64,000 nt of DNA from an uncultured bacterium (GCA_965612745.1 CBFDTD010000003.1:1816-65815), one strand, 5' to 3'. Positions 28,470 to 37,081 are shown, counted from the stretch's first letter. Numbers and translations: made by a program. The notes: generated by a model from the letters alone, not told the origin.

Positions 28470-28707
28470 GAAAGTTGAGCGTCAGTTGGAAAAGTTACCA
28501 TCGGACGATCAAGAGCGCGTGCTCGAAGCCATCACCGCCCTCGCCGACAATCCTCGTCCCTTTGGCGCACACAAGTTAGAAGATGACCTATACCGCATCC
28601 GAATTGGAAGGTATCGTGTCATCTATTGGATCAACGACAAGGAACGTCTGGTCGTCATCACTAAGGTCGCCAAGCGCAGCGAACGCACCTATCGCCGCTT
28701 GCGGTAG
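28444..28707 (+). CDS. RelE/ParE-family type II toxin
   Basis: GTG start at 28444. C-terminus YRIRIGRYRVIYWINDKERLVVITKVAKRSE is the RelE/ParE signature. Confidence 0.7.
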   Translation: MYQVDWASRKVERQLEKLPSDDQERVLEAITALADNPRPFGAHKLEDDLYRIRIGRYRVIYWINDKERLVVITKVAKRSERTYRRLR

Positions 28708-29140
28708 TGCCCTAAACCAAGAGCGCCCTCGCCCCTGGGGACGAGAGCGCCTTAACTCCCGCGGTACCACCCCGCTTGGCTCCTGACGGAGCCCTCTCAT
28801 TCCACCGACGGCACCCGTAGGTACGATCGGCTGCCCCGTTAACGCTGGGCCTGCGGAGCGGGCTACTTGCCGGACACCCGGTTTCACCCGTCGGCTCAGG
28901 AGCGAACTTCAGCGGGTTTCGTTCGAGCGGGGCTCTCAGTCCACGACCCCACTTCCCTGGTGTCCCGAAGATCCCGCTTACTCCTCTCCGTCGCAGCCTT
29001 TCCGACCTTCAATTGTGGTCTACATTATGCCGCAGAAGTCCCCTTTTGTCAAGCCGCGCTGTGATGTTGCCCTAGGACGATGAAGGCTGGGACGGCGGTT
29101 TTACTTGTCCATCACTCTGGCAGGTGGTATACTAACACCG

Positions 29141-29449
29141 ATGACTGAACTTATCTTCATCCGCCACGGGCAAACCCACGCCAACGTTGCCGGTCGCTGG
29201 GAGGGGTGGAGCGACAGTGCGCTCACTCTCCTGGGCTTGGCGCAGGCCAGGGCGGTCGCTTGTCGGCTGGCACCCAGGACTCTGGCGATTTTGCTCGTAG
29301 TAACGACTTCAGTCGTTCAAAGCGAGGTCAGAGCAACTGAAGTCGCCATTACGACTCCCATATCTTGCGGTTCATCGGCCGTCATACCGCAAATGTGGGG
29401 GGCTCCAAAATTCGCCCGACTCCAGTCACCAAGTTCACGGGGGTGTTGA
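29141..29449 (+). pseudogene. N-terminal fragment of a histidine phosphatase (phosphoglycerate mutase family)
   Basis: MTELIFIRHGQTHANVAGRWEGWSDSALTLLGLAQARAVACRLAP matches the RHGxT...GW.D..L...G..QA start of PGAM-family enzymes. Similarity is lost after about 50 aa and the ORF ends early. Confidence 0.4.
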
Positions 29450-29496
29450 CTGTGGCCAGGAAACACGGAGACCGCTTTCGCCTTCTGATCTACGAA

Positions 29497-30051
29497 CGCA
29501 TGTGGCAGCGCTGGGCTTGGCCTTGCATTCTCATCGTGCCGGCTTCGGTCGTGTTATGGTGGTTCGCGCCTCGCGTCCCGATTATCCACGCGCCGTTCCG
29601 CCCGCTGGCCCTTGTCCCCGCTCTCGTTTCCTTTGTCATCCTGGTCTACACCGGTCTGGCCCGACGGCTGGCCTGGGTGCAATGCAGACGAAATCACCTG
29701 CGCATCCAGACACCTTTCTACCCCCTCGTCGTCTCATACAGCCGTATCAGGGGGGTACGTCCCAAACCCTTCGCCCGGGTCTTCGATCCGGCCAGAGAGA
29801 AAGCGGCCCGCCGACGCTGGTTGCGCCCTTACTGGGGCAAGACCGTCCTGGTAGTGGAACTCTCAAAATATCCGTTCAGCAGAGCGTGGTTGCGTCTCTG
29901 GTTCAGCCCCTACCTTCTGGCCCCCGACGTGACCGGCTTCGTCTTTCTGGTCGAGGATTGGATGGCGCTCTCCCGCCAATTGGACGAGTTCCGCAGCGCC
30001 TGGGTGATGCGCCGCGCCGAGCAACGGCGTAGGACAAGTGGGACAAGTTGA
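29497..30051 (+). CDS. Hypothetical membrane protein (start uncertain; ORF opens at 29365)
   Basis: Hydrophobic helices WAWPCILIVPASVVLWWF and LALVPALVSFVILVYTGL. No recognised family. Confidence 0.4.
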   Translation, partial: RMWQRWAWPCILIVPASVVLWWFAPRVPIIHAPFRPLALVPALVSFVILVYTGLARRLAWVQCRRNHLRIQTPFYPLVVSYSRIRGVRPKPFARVFDPAREKAARRRWLRPYWGKTVLVVELSKYPFSRAWLRLWFSPYLLAPDVTGFVFLVEDWMALSRQLDEFRSAWVMRRAEQRRRTSGTS

Positions 30052-30081
30052 CAACTTTGGGACAAGTTGTCAACTTGTCCC
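30040..30081. terminator. Perfect 16-bp stem hairpin between convergent genes (bidirectional terminator candidate)
   Basis: GGGACAAGTTGACAAC-N10-GTTGTCAACTTGTCCC. A partial third copy GGACAAGTG lies upstream. Confidence 0.5.
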
Positions 30082-32624
30082 TACACTACCTTTACTGCTG
30101 AGCCCTCTGGTGTCTTGGTCACCTCGATGCGTGCCGGGAATGCATCCTTCAACTCGTCAATGTGCGTGATGACCAGCACACGCGCAAAGTCGTCTTGAAT
30201 GGCATTGATAGCCTCGACCAGCCGTTCTCGACCCTGCGCATCTTGCGTGCCAAATCCCTCGTCAATCACCAAGGTCTGCAACTGCGCCCCTGCCCGCCGC
30301 GCCAGGAGTTTTGAGAGCGCGACGCGGATGGCGAAGTTGACGCGGAATTGCTCGCCTCCAGAGTAGTTTTCGTAGGGCCGCGTCCCTAGTTCATCGGCAA
30401 TCTTGATCTCCAGCGTCTCTCGCACCTCGCCCGCCAGCGTCTCCCGCTGCGTATCGAAGCGCACGTGCATACGACCACCGGTCATGCGCGCCAGAAGCCG
30501 GTTGGCCTCGGCCTCGATCTCCGGCACTGCCGCTTCGATGATCATCGCCGGCACGCCTTTGACGCTAAAGGCAGCCTTCAGTTCCTCGTAGATGGACTGT
30601 TCGGCGGCCAATTCATCCCGCCGCTTGAGTTTGTCCGCTCGTTGTCTCTCAAGGGCCTTGCACGCCTCCAGCCGCTGCTGGGCTGCACCTAAGCGCTGGC
30701 GGGCAGCGGCCTCCTCACCGCGCACCCGCTGCAACTCCGCCTCGATCGCCGGTGCACCCTTCAGCTGCTCCCGCAGTTCACCGGCTTTCTGTTCTAACTC
30801 CCTCCGGCGGGCCTGCTCAGCCTCAATTTGCTTCTGCCATCGCTGTTCGGCCTTTTCCAGCCGCTTGAGCGCTGCTTGCTCCTCGCCTACACTCGTCTGC
30901 GCGGCGCTCAACCGTGCCTTCCGCTCGGCAAAGACCTGCCCCTCGGACACCGCCCGCCGCGCGGCTTCGTGGGCCACCGCATCGTAGCCCAGTTCCTCCG
31001 CCTGCGCCAACACTTGCGCCAGTTCGGCCCGCACCTGGGGGGCATAATCCTCTGCAGTCAGTCGCTGTTCCACCGCAGCCAGTTCCGCCTGGGCGGTCTC
31101 CAGCGCCTCGACCGCCTGCCGTCCTTGCTCAATCCGTTCGGCCAGCGCCGCCTTCTGCCTCTGTAACGCCGGCAGGTCACGCAGCAGCCGGTCGCTTGCG
31201 GCGATCTGCTGCTCCAGCGCCCGCGCTCGTTCGGCCAATGACTTGGCCGTCGCCTGATTTACGCGGTATGCATCCCCCCTGGCCTGACCCTCGATCTGGA
31301 ACTGATCCAACAATCGCAGCCTGTGATCGTCGGTTAGGGGCTGCTCACAAAGGGGGCACTCGGCTCCTGCCCGCTCCAAGAGCGTGATTTTCTCCTTGAT
31401 TGCATCCATCTCCACCCGCAGCGCCTCGTTGCGAGCCCGCAACTCTGCCCGCTCCTCAGCAATATGCGCCAGGTCTGCCCGCGCAGCCTCCCGGCTCTCC
31501 GATAACTGCGCCAGGTGAGCCAGTTGTGCCTGCACCTCGTCATATTCGGCCAGGAGCGTCTCATCGGGCAGGCGGCGCTTCAGTTCGGCGATGCGCTGTG
31601 CGATGACCTCCCGCTCCACCTCAAGCCGATGTCGAGCCTCCGATAACTGCGCCTCCAGAATCGTGCGGCGCTCGTTCAGTTCCACCGACTGACGCAGTTT
31701 GGCCCCCAGCGCCTGCTCTTGTTTGACCGCCTGCCGGTAGGCCGCGTACCCGGCCTCGATTTCGTCGGCCCGGGCCAGCAGATCTTCGTACTCGGCCAGC
31801 CGCCTCTCCCGCACAACCCGTTCCTCAGAGAGCGCACGCAATTCCCGCTCTGCCTGAGCGATGCGTGCGGTCAATTCGGTAATCTGCGCCTCAACGTGCC
31901 GGAGTTCCGCTCGCGTCGCCTCTATCCGTTGATAGGCTGCCTGGGCTTCCTGAAGCGCCGCGCTCAGTTCGATCACCACCGCCTGGGCTGTCTGGAGTTC
32001 CGCCTCGTACTCGGCTCTCCGGGCCAGTTCGGCCTCGATCTCCCGCAGGCGCACTTCGATCATCTCCATCTCGGATCGGATGGCCCGCAGCCGTTCTTTA
32101 GCCCGCTCCTCATAGACCGTCCAGCGGTCGAGCCCCAGGATGTCTCCCAGCACACGCTTCCGTTCGGCGGGGGTCTTGACGGTGAACTCGTCGGCGCGGC
32201 CCTGGCGGAGGAAGGCCGAGTTGATGAAGGTTTCGTAGTCAAGCCGAAGAAGGCGCTCGATCTTCGCCTGGGTGGCCCGCACACCGCTCTCGGCGATAGA
32301 ACGCCAACGTCCGCCGCCTTGGACCTGGAACTCAAGCAACGTACTACCACGCTTGCCGGCCTTGCGTCGGCGCAGCGCACGATAGGTCTGCCCCCCCAGA
32401 GCGAACGTGAACTCGACCGCCATCTCGTCCTCGCCCATGCGGATCAATTCGTCGTCCCGTCTGGCCCGTGATCTGCCCCACAGCACCCAGGTGATGGCGT
32501 CCAGGAGCGCCGACTTGCCCGCGCCGTTTTCGCCGGCCAGGCATGCGACGTGGATGCCAGCGAAGTCTAAATTCACCTGGCGGTAGCACATGAAGTTGGT
32601 GAGGGAAAGGGTTTGGGGGATCAC
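30081..32624 (-). CDS. SbcC/Rad50-family SMC-like ATPase with zinc hook
   Basis: Walker A GENGAGKSALLDAI. Long coiled coil with CPLCEQP zinc hook in the middle. Signature SGGEQ and Walker B TLVIDEGFGTQD. Start revised to GTG at 32624 (VIPQTLSLTNFMCYRQVNLDF matches the SbcC N-terminus). No sbcD adjacent. Confidence 0.75.
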   Translation of the reverse strand: MIPQTLSLTNFMCYRQVNLDFAGIHVACLAGENGAGKSALLDAITWVLWGRSRARRDDELIRMGEDEMAVEFTFALGGQTYRALRRRKAGKRGSTLLEFQVQGGGRWRSIAESGVRATQAKIERLLRLDYETFINSAFLRQGRADEFTVKTPAERKRVLGDILGLDRWTVYEERAKERLRAIRSEMEMIEVRLREIEAELARRAEYEAELQTAQAVVIELSAALQEAQAAYQRIEATRAELRHVEAQITELTARIAQAERELRALSEERVVRERRLAEYEDLLARADEIEAGYAAYRQAVKQEQALGAKLRQSVELNERRTILEAQLSEARHRLEVEREVIAQRIAELKRRLPDETLLAEYDEVQAQLAHLAQLSESREAARADLAHIAEERAELRARNEALRVEMDAIKEKITLLERAGAECPLCEQPLTDDHRLRLLDQFQIEGQARGDAYRVNQATAKSLAERARALEQQIAASDRLLRDLPALQRQKAALAERIEQGRQAVEALETAQAELAAVEQRLTAEDYAPQVRAELAQVLAQAEELGYDAVAHEAARRAVSEGQVFAERKARLSAAQTSVGEEQAALKRLEKAEQRWQKQIEAEQARRRELEQKAGELREQLKGAPAIEAELQRVRGEEAAARQRLGAAQQRLEACKALERQRADKLKRRDELAAEQSIYEELKAAFSVKGVPAMIIEAAVPEIEAEANRLLARMTGGRMHVRFDTQRETLAGEVRETLEIKIADELGTRPYENYSGGEQFRVNFAIRVALSKLLARRAGAQLQTLVIDEGFGTQDAQGRERLVEAINAIQDDFARVLVITHIDELKDAFPARIEVTKTPEGSAVKVV

Positions 32625-32737
32625 TTCAACACACAACGCACCATGCGCCGCACAACGGCGACGATCAGCGCCTCCAACTGGCTTGTGGTAAGTTGAACGA
32701 CCGCTTGATCTGGTAATAGGGCCACAATCTCGCTCAC
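32621..32737 (-). CDS. Candidate 38-aa small ORF translationally coupled to the SbcC-like gene
   Basis: RBS AGGAGA 8 nt before GTG. Its TGA stop overlaps the GTG start of the SbcC-like gene (GTGA). Hydrophobic peptide MSEIVALLPDQAVVQLTTSQLEALIVAVVRRMVRCVLK. Confidence 0.25.
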   Translation of the reverse strand: MSEIVALLPDQAVVQLTTSQLEALIVAVVRRMVRCVLK

Positions 32738-32942
32738 GGAAAGTCTCCTGTCGTTCTAACATACATACTATACCACGAAGTGTCATGTTATACCAATGCC
32801 GCCACCTTTTTTCTTAGCACCCCAATGTGGGACTGATTCACAGGTCGAAAGAGTGCCAAAAACAGGCCGGTTGTTAAGAAGTTTGTTTAGAAGTCTATGC
32901 TATTCTATTATCAAATTTGACATTTTGTTAAGGAGGATAACG

Positions 32943-33140
32943 GTGGAGAACAAACGCGGTAAGGTGACCCTAGTGCTGATGACCCTGGTGCTGTTATTGG
33001 TGTTGGCCCTCGGCCCCGTGGCCCCTGGTCTGGGTGCGCGGATGGCGGAACCCAGGGGCGGTACGGTGGAGATGTGGGACGGGCTGCACGGCCTGTTGGC
33101 AGATCCAAGTGCTGGTGCCGGTAGTGGTGGGGGGTAAACT
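32943..33140 (+). CDS. Small secreted or membrane peptide (65 aa, TM helix plus Gly-rich tail)
   Basis: Strong RBS AAGGAGG 6 nt before GTG. MENKRGKVTLVLMTLVLLLVLALGPVAPGLGA...SGGG. Confidence 0.4.
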
Positions 33141-33356
33141 ATGCCCACACGTGGGATTGATGAGTTGGTCTGGATGGCGCTCACCGATTCCGCCTTCCGT
33201 GAGCAGTTGCTTAACGGCCATCGCCGCGAGGTACTGGCTTCCCTCAGCCTCACGGAAATGGAGCAACAGGCCGTGATGGCGGTTAAGGCTGACACGCTGG
33301 AGGACTTCGCCGGAGCGCTCTGCCGGCCGGCATTCAGCATGGTAGCCTGTCTCTAG
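33141..33356 (+). CDS. NHLP/Nif11-like leader-peptide-type small protein (candidate RiPP precursor), 71 aa
   Basis: LTDSAFREQLLNGHRREVLASLSLTEMEQQAV follows the D-x-x-F-R-x-x-LL...L..L.LT.EE..AL pattern of nitrile-hydratase-type leader peptides. The C-terminal tail ALCRPAFSMVACL carries two Cys. Begins 3 nt after the preceding small ORF, in the same frame. Confidence 0.4.
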   Translation: MPTRGIDELVWMALTDSAFREQLLNGHRREVLASLSLTEMEQQAVMAVKADTLEDFAGALCRPAFSMVACL

Positions 33357-33378
33357 GCCTCACAATACGGCCGGTCAT

Positions 33379-33466
33379 GGGTGTGGCTAAAATCAGTGGG
33401 ACGTCCGGCTTCAGCCGGAAAAGCCCCGCCTCCGGCCTTTTCTTCCCACGAATTTTAGCCAGACTC
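33379..33466 (+). mobile_element. MITE-A copy (88 bp, internal 11-bp deletion) with TSD CCGGTCAT
   Basis: Flanking direct repeat CCGGTCAT at 33371-33378 and (T)CCGGTCAT at 33467-33475. Confidence 0.75.
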
Positions 33467-33885
33467 TCCGGTCATCACCTGGCTGTTGTAATATTGCTCT
33501 GTATGGTCACATCCTCCGCTCAAGCGAGTTAGGATGTGTCACGGCCAGGCAACGACCTCTGCCTCTTGCTCGAAGAGGGTCGGGGATTGAGGTTATACGC
33601 CCCGGCTGTTCATTGACGAATGTTGGAGCAAGAGGGAGGGGTTGTGCGTGCCTGGTATTAAGTCTATGCGGGCGGATGCTCCCTCTACCTCTGGGGAATT
33701 GGCCGCCGGGTGTCCCCAGGCCGATTGGGTCTGGAGGCCAGGAGGGCGATGCAGGGCGGGTTTGGAAGAAAGAGTGAAGTGAACAATATTGGAGATACTG
33801 TTGCCGTCGTGGTGTGGACATCTGGAGAACCGCTGATCGTGCCTGATGCTCGCACTGGTTCCTACCGCTGTGTGGAGGTGGCACA

Positions 33886-34146
33886 ATGAGCATCGCCATA
33901 CCCGCCGTTGAAAGAGCGCAGATTATAAGCAAGGAAAGTGTCGAATCACTCGTCGAGGCTTTGTTCTCCCTAGATGAGCCCTGGCGGGGGCGCTTTCTAA
34001 CCTTGGTGGCTAAGCAGGCCACGAGGTGGAAGTGGGATGGACAACGGCCAGGATGGGAGGAGATGGTAGCCTGGTTGAGTACCGACCCGTGCTTGTACCG
34101 GGAAGTGGCGCTGCTGCTGGATGCGTGGCGGAGACCGGCGAGATGA
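33886..34146 (+). CDS. Hypothetical 86-aa protein between two MITE-A copies
   Basis: RBS GGAGGTGG then ATG. No recognised domain. Confidence 0.4.
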   Translation: MSIAIPAVERAQIISKESVESLVEALFSLDEPWRGRFLTLVAKQATRWKWDGQRPGWEEMVAWLSTDPCLYREVALLLDAWRRPAR

Positions 34147-34162
34147 CCGATCCCAATCATTG

Positions 34163-34256
34163 GGGTGCCGCTAAAATCGGTTGGACGTCCGGCTTCAGCC
34201 GAAAAATCCCCGCTGAAGCGGGGCGTTTGGCCTCTCCTCCCATTCATTTTAGCCAA
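34163..34256 (+). repeat. Degenerate MITE-A copy
   Basis: GCCGCTAAAATCGGTTGGACGTCCGGCTTCAGCCGAAAAATCCCCGCTGAAGCGGGG...CATTTTAGCCA. Ends are diverged. Confidence 0.6.
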
Positions 34257-34300
34257 TTTTCCACTGTTCCCCTTCCATGCTATAATCCGCTGCCACGGCT

Positions 34301-35059
34301 ATGTCTCTACCCTGTCAGATTCAATTGTCTGTCTTCGAGGGCCCGTTGGACTTGCTCCTCCATCTCATTGAGCGAGAGGAACTCGACATCACCACGGTCG
34401 CACTGGCCAAGGTAACCGACCAGTACCTGGCTTACCTGGCGGAACTGGAACGAGGGCAGATAAAAGAACTGGCGGATTTCCTCGTTGTGGCAGCGAAACT
34501 CCTGCTTATAAAGTCTCAAGTCCTACTACCGCGCCCTCCTTCGCCGACTCCCGAGACCGAAGACGTAGGTGACGAACTGGTGCACCAGTTGCAGGTTTAC
34601 AGACGCTTCAAGCAAGTCGCAGCACTGCTGCACGAGCGGGAGATGCAAGGGTTACACGGTTACGTGCGCATCGTCCCTCTCCCCCCTCTTGAGCCACAAG
34701 TTGACCTGGGCGAGGTGACACTCGACGACCTATTGGCCGCCGTGCAGGAGGCACTAGATGCAAAATCTGCCCCGCCGATCGGAGAAGTTGTCGCGCCTAT
34801 TGTAGTGACCGTCGCCGAACAGATTGCCTGCATTGAGGAGCGACTGACTTGGCAGCGTCGGGTTTGTTTCCGCGAGATCCTCTCAGATACCGCCACCTCC
34901 GTCGAGGTCATCGTGACCCTGTTGGCGCTGTTGGAACTGATCAAGCAAGATCGAGTACGGGTGCGACAGGAACGGCTGTTCGGTGAGATCATCATTGAGC
35001 GGCGGATCCCTGCCGAGGGAGCGCCCGCCGCCGCTCCTGCCACCAGTCCAGCAGCATAG
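34301..35059 (+). CDS. scpA: Segregation and condensation protein A
   Basis: N-terminus QIQLSVFEGPLDLLLHLIEREELDITTVALAKVTDQYLAYL is the ScpA/kleisin signature. Confidence 0.8.
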   Translation: MSLPCQIQLSVFEGPLDLLLHLIEREELDITTVALAKVTDQYLAYLAELERGQIKELADFLVVAAKLLLIKSQVLLPRPPSPTPETEDVGDELVHQLQVYRRFKQVAALLHEREMQGLHGYVRIVPLPPLEPQVDLGEVTLDDLLAAVQEALDAKSAPPIGEVVAPIVVTVAEQIACIEERLTWQRRVCFREILSDTATSVEVIVTLLALLELIKQDRVRVRQERLFGEIIIERRIPAEGAPAAAPATSPAA

Positions 35060-35390
35060 CCCCACATGCTCCTGCCCCATCCACTGCCACATCCACCAGT
35101 GTGCCGTTACGCCCCGGCACGAAAGTCTGGTGGTATTCGTCGCTCAGGGCATAGGCCACGCTCAAACCAATACTGATTGTACGGAGAGTGCTGCCGGTGG
35201 AAAAGTGGCGGTGTAGCGCCCGCCGGTAGAGCCAGGCTAGCACCCCGTAGGCCACCGCGTGACCGATCTTCTTGAGCAGTATGTCAAGCCAGCGCTCTCC
35301 GATATGTGGCAGGTCTGATCGGGCGGACACCATGAAAATCAGCGCCATCCAGACTAACGGAGGAAACCAATGCCGAAGGAACTGTTTCAC
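34992..35390 (-). CDS. VanZ-family membrane protein
   Basis: ALSDEYHQTFVPGRNGTLVDVAVDGAGA matches the VanZ-like core. Its start overlaps the GT4 stop (ATGA). Confidence 0.6.
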   Translation of the reverse strand: MKQFLRHWFPPLVWMALIFMVSARSDLPHIGERWLDILLKKIGHAVAYGVLAWLYRRALHRHFSTGSTLRTISIGLSVAYALSDEYHQTFVPGRNGTLVDVAVDGAGACGAMLLDWWQERRRALPRQGSAAQ

Positions 35391-36598
35391 TCTTCAACTC
35401 CATAGGCCCGTTCGACCGTCTCCACCAACCGCTCCCACGCGAACCGCTGCCTCACGTCGTTGGCGGCCGCCTGGCCCAACCGCTCTCGCAACTCCCGGTT
35501 CTCCAGCAGCCGCACCACCGCCTCGGCAAACCCCTCTACGTCGCCGGGGGCCACCAGCCAGCCGGTTTCGCCGTGGCGGATGTACTCCCGGTTCTGCCCC
35601 ACCGCCTCGGCCACGACCGGTACACCGGCTGCCAAAAGATCCAGCAATTTCACCGCGCACTTGGTCCGGTTGACCAGCGTGTCGTCGAAGGGGTAGATGG
35701 CGAGGTCAGCCTGGGTGAAGTAGGCTGAGAGTGCCTCGGACTCGACCCAACCGACGTATTCGACCGCATCGGCTAGGCCGGTTTCTTGGGCCAACCCCAG
35801 CAGTTGTTCTTCCTCGCCAAACAATCCTTTCCCTACCACAAGCAGTCGTACCTCCGGCGCCGTTTCACGCACACGGTGCAGCACTTCAATGACGCGACGG
35901 ACGGGGAACTCGAAGAATCTCGTGTATAACAAGATGCAGGATGCAGGATGCGAGGTGCAAGACGGGACATCTCTCGTTTCTTGCTTCCTGCTTCCTGCCT
36001 CCTGCCTCCTGCCTCCTGCCTCCTGCCTCCTTGCCACGCCGTTGGGGACGTAGAACACTTGCTGGGGCGGTACGCCCATTGCCCAAACCAGGCTCTCCAA
36101 TGTGCGGCTGGCGACGGTGACCGCGTTGGCGTGAGTGAGGCCCCAGCGCTCTTGCCAGGCGAAGAAGCGCCGCTGGGCTGGAGTGTAGCCGCCGATCTCA
36201 TTCCAGCCGCCGGGACCCTCCCAGTCATCGGTGTCCACTACCAGGCGCGGTCTGCGCGTGCGGGGGAGGCGGGCCAGCAACCAGTGGGTCAGGCCGCTGT
36301 AGGCTTTAGGTTTAAAGAAGTGCACCACATCGGGGTGCAGGGCCAGCGCCCGGCGGGTCAGCCGAAGGGCGATGAGGGCGTGAAATAGCAGTGGAAGACG
36401 CGGCGGCAGAGAAATGTTCTCGATGTGGATTCCCTCCTTCTCCCAACACCGGCCGGCGTCCTCCGGGTTCTGCCACGGGGGGAGAAGCATGGTCACGGCG
36501 TGACCGCGCACTGCCAGCGCTTTCGCCATCGGCAGCGCGCGTACACTCATCGTGCCTCGGGGCCGCAGCCCGAAGGGGCCGACCATTACGACGTTCAT
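35387..36598 (-). CDS. GT4-family (GT-B) glycosyltransferase containing an in-frame heptanucleotide-repeat insertion
   Basis: N-domain MNVVMVGPFG...; C-domain EAVGQNREYIRHGETGWLVAPGD (E-x7-E region). An insert RRQEAGGRRQEAGSRKQETRD is encoded by a (CAGGAGG)n repeat. Confidence 0.75.
   Translation of the reverse strand: MNVVMVGPFGLRPRGTMSVRALPMAKALAVRGHAVTMLLPPWQNPEDAGRCWEKEGIHIENISLPPRLPLLFHALIALRLTRRALALHPDVVHFFKPKAYSGLTHWLLARLPRTRRPRLVVDTDDWEGPGGWNEIGGYTPAQRRFFAWQERWGLTHANAVTVASRTLESLVWAMGVPPQQVFYVPNGVARRQEAGGRRQEAGSRKQETRDVPSCTSHPASCILLYTRFFEFPVRRVIEVLHRVRETAPEVRLLVVGKGLFGEEEQLLGLAQETGLADAVEYVGWVESEALSAYFTQADLAIYPFDDTLVNRTKCAVKLLDLLAAGVPVVAEAVGQNREYIRHGETGWLVAPGDVEGFAEAVVRLLENRELRERLGQAAANDVRQRFAWERLVETVERAYGVEE
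35984..36032. repeat. Heptanucleotide tandem repeat (CYTCCTG)x7 inside the GT4 coding sequence
   Basis: CTTCCTG CTTCCTG CCTCCTG x4 CCTCCTT. An adjacent (ATGCAGG)x2-3 repeat lies at 35937-35958. Confidence 0.85.
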
Positions 36599-36671
36599 AC
36601 CCCCTCAACAACGAACAGCCGGGGCACGGAGATACACGGCCCCGACACTCACACTACTCACCAAGTTGAGA

Positions 36672-37081
36672 TTAACGCCCGCCGATACCCTTGCTATGGG
36701 CAAGGATTGACTCAGGCCCAACGACCCTCAAACCATCTGCATCAAACATCTGCCAGTCACCAACGTCGTAGGTGTAGACTTTGCGCACCCCTGCAACCAA
36801 CGCCGCTGCTGCGTGGCGGGCATCGTGCACCCGTCTTGCGGTGAGGCCGTGACTGGCTGCCAATTCGACCGCAAGCAGGATCACCTCAGCGCTCCATATA
36901 CCTCACTCAGAATGCCAGCCGTAGTGCAGGCAAACAACTCACCACGACGTGCGCGCTCGACTAACAGCCGCGCCTCCTGATGGCGAGGATCCCCCTTGAG
37001 CAGAGCCCCGATAAAGACGCCCGCGTCCAATAGCACGCTCTGGGACACATTGCCTCCCTTAACTCTCGGCATAGACGGCAT
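36672..37081 (-). pseudogene. PIN-domain VapC toxin split by a frameshift into two ORFs (36881-37081 and 36672-36884)
   Basis: N-terminal part VLLDAGVFIGALLKGDPRHQEA; C-terminal part LTARRVHDARHAAAALVAGVRKVYTYDVGDWQMF. The two frames overlap at GTGA and are fused by a 1-nt shift. Confidence 0.55.

Noticed and set aside
28708-29140. Tested as tmRNA, RNase P RNA, SRP RNA or cobalamin riboswitch
   Set aside because: None of the diagnostic motifs (GGAAAGTCCGGGC / ACAGAACCCGGCTTA, tmRNA TLD ends, the AGGUCCGGAAGGAAGCAGC of SRP domain IV, B12 box) are present in either orientation. Left as an unexplained non-coding region.
32625-32786. N-terminal 54 aa of the SbcC-like ORF as listed (start 32786)
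   Set aside because: The sequence MTLRGIVCMLERQETFRERDCGPITRSS is not protein-like and is largely another frame of the small upstream ORF. A GTG at 32624 gives a canonical SbcC N-terminus.
33138-33143. A single fused ORF spanning 32943-33356 through the TAA
   Set aside because: An in-frame TAA stop separates the two small ORFs; there is no evidence of read-through. Noted only as an observation in the findings.
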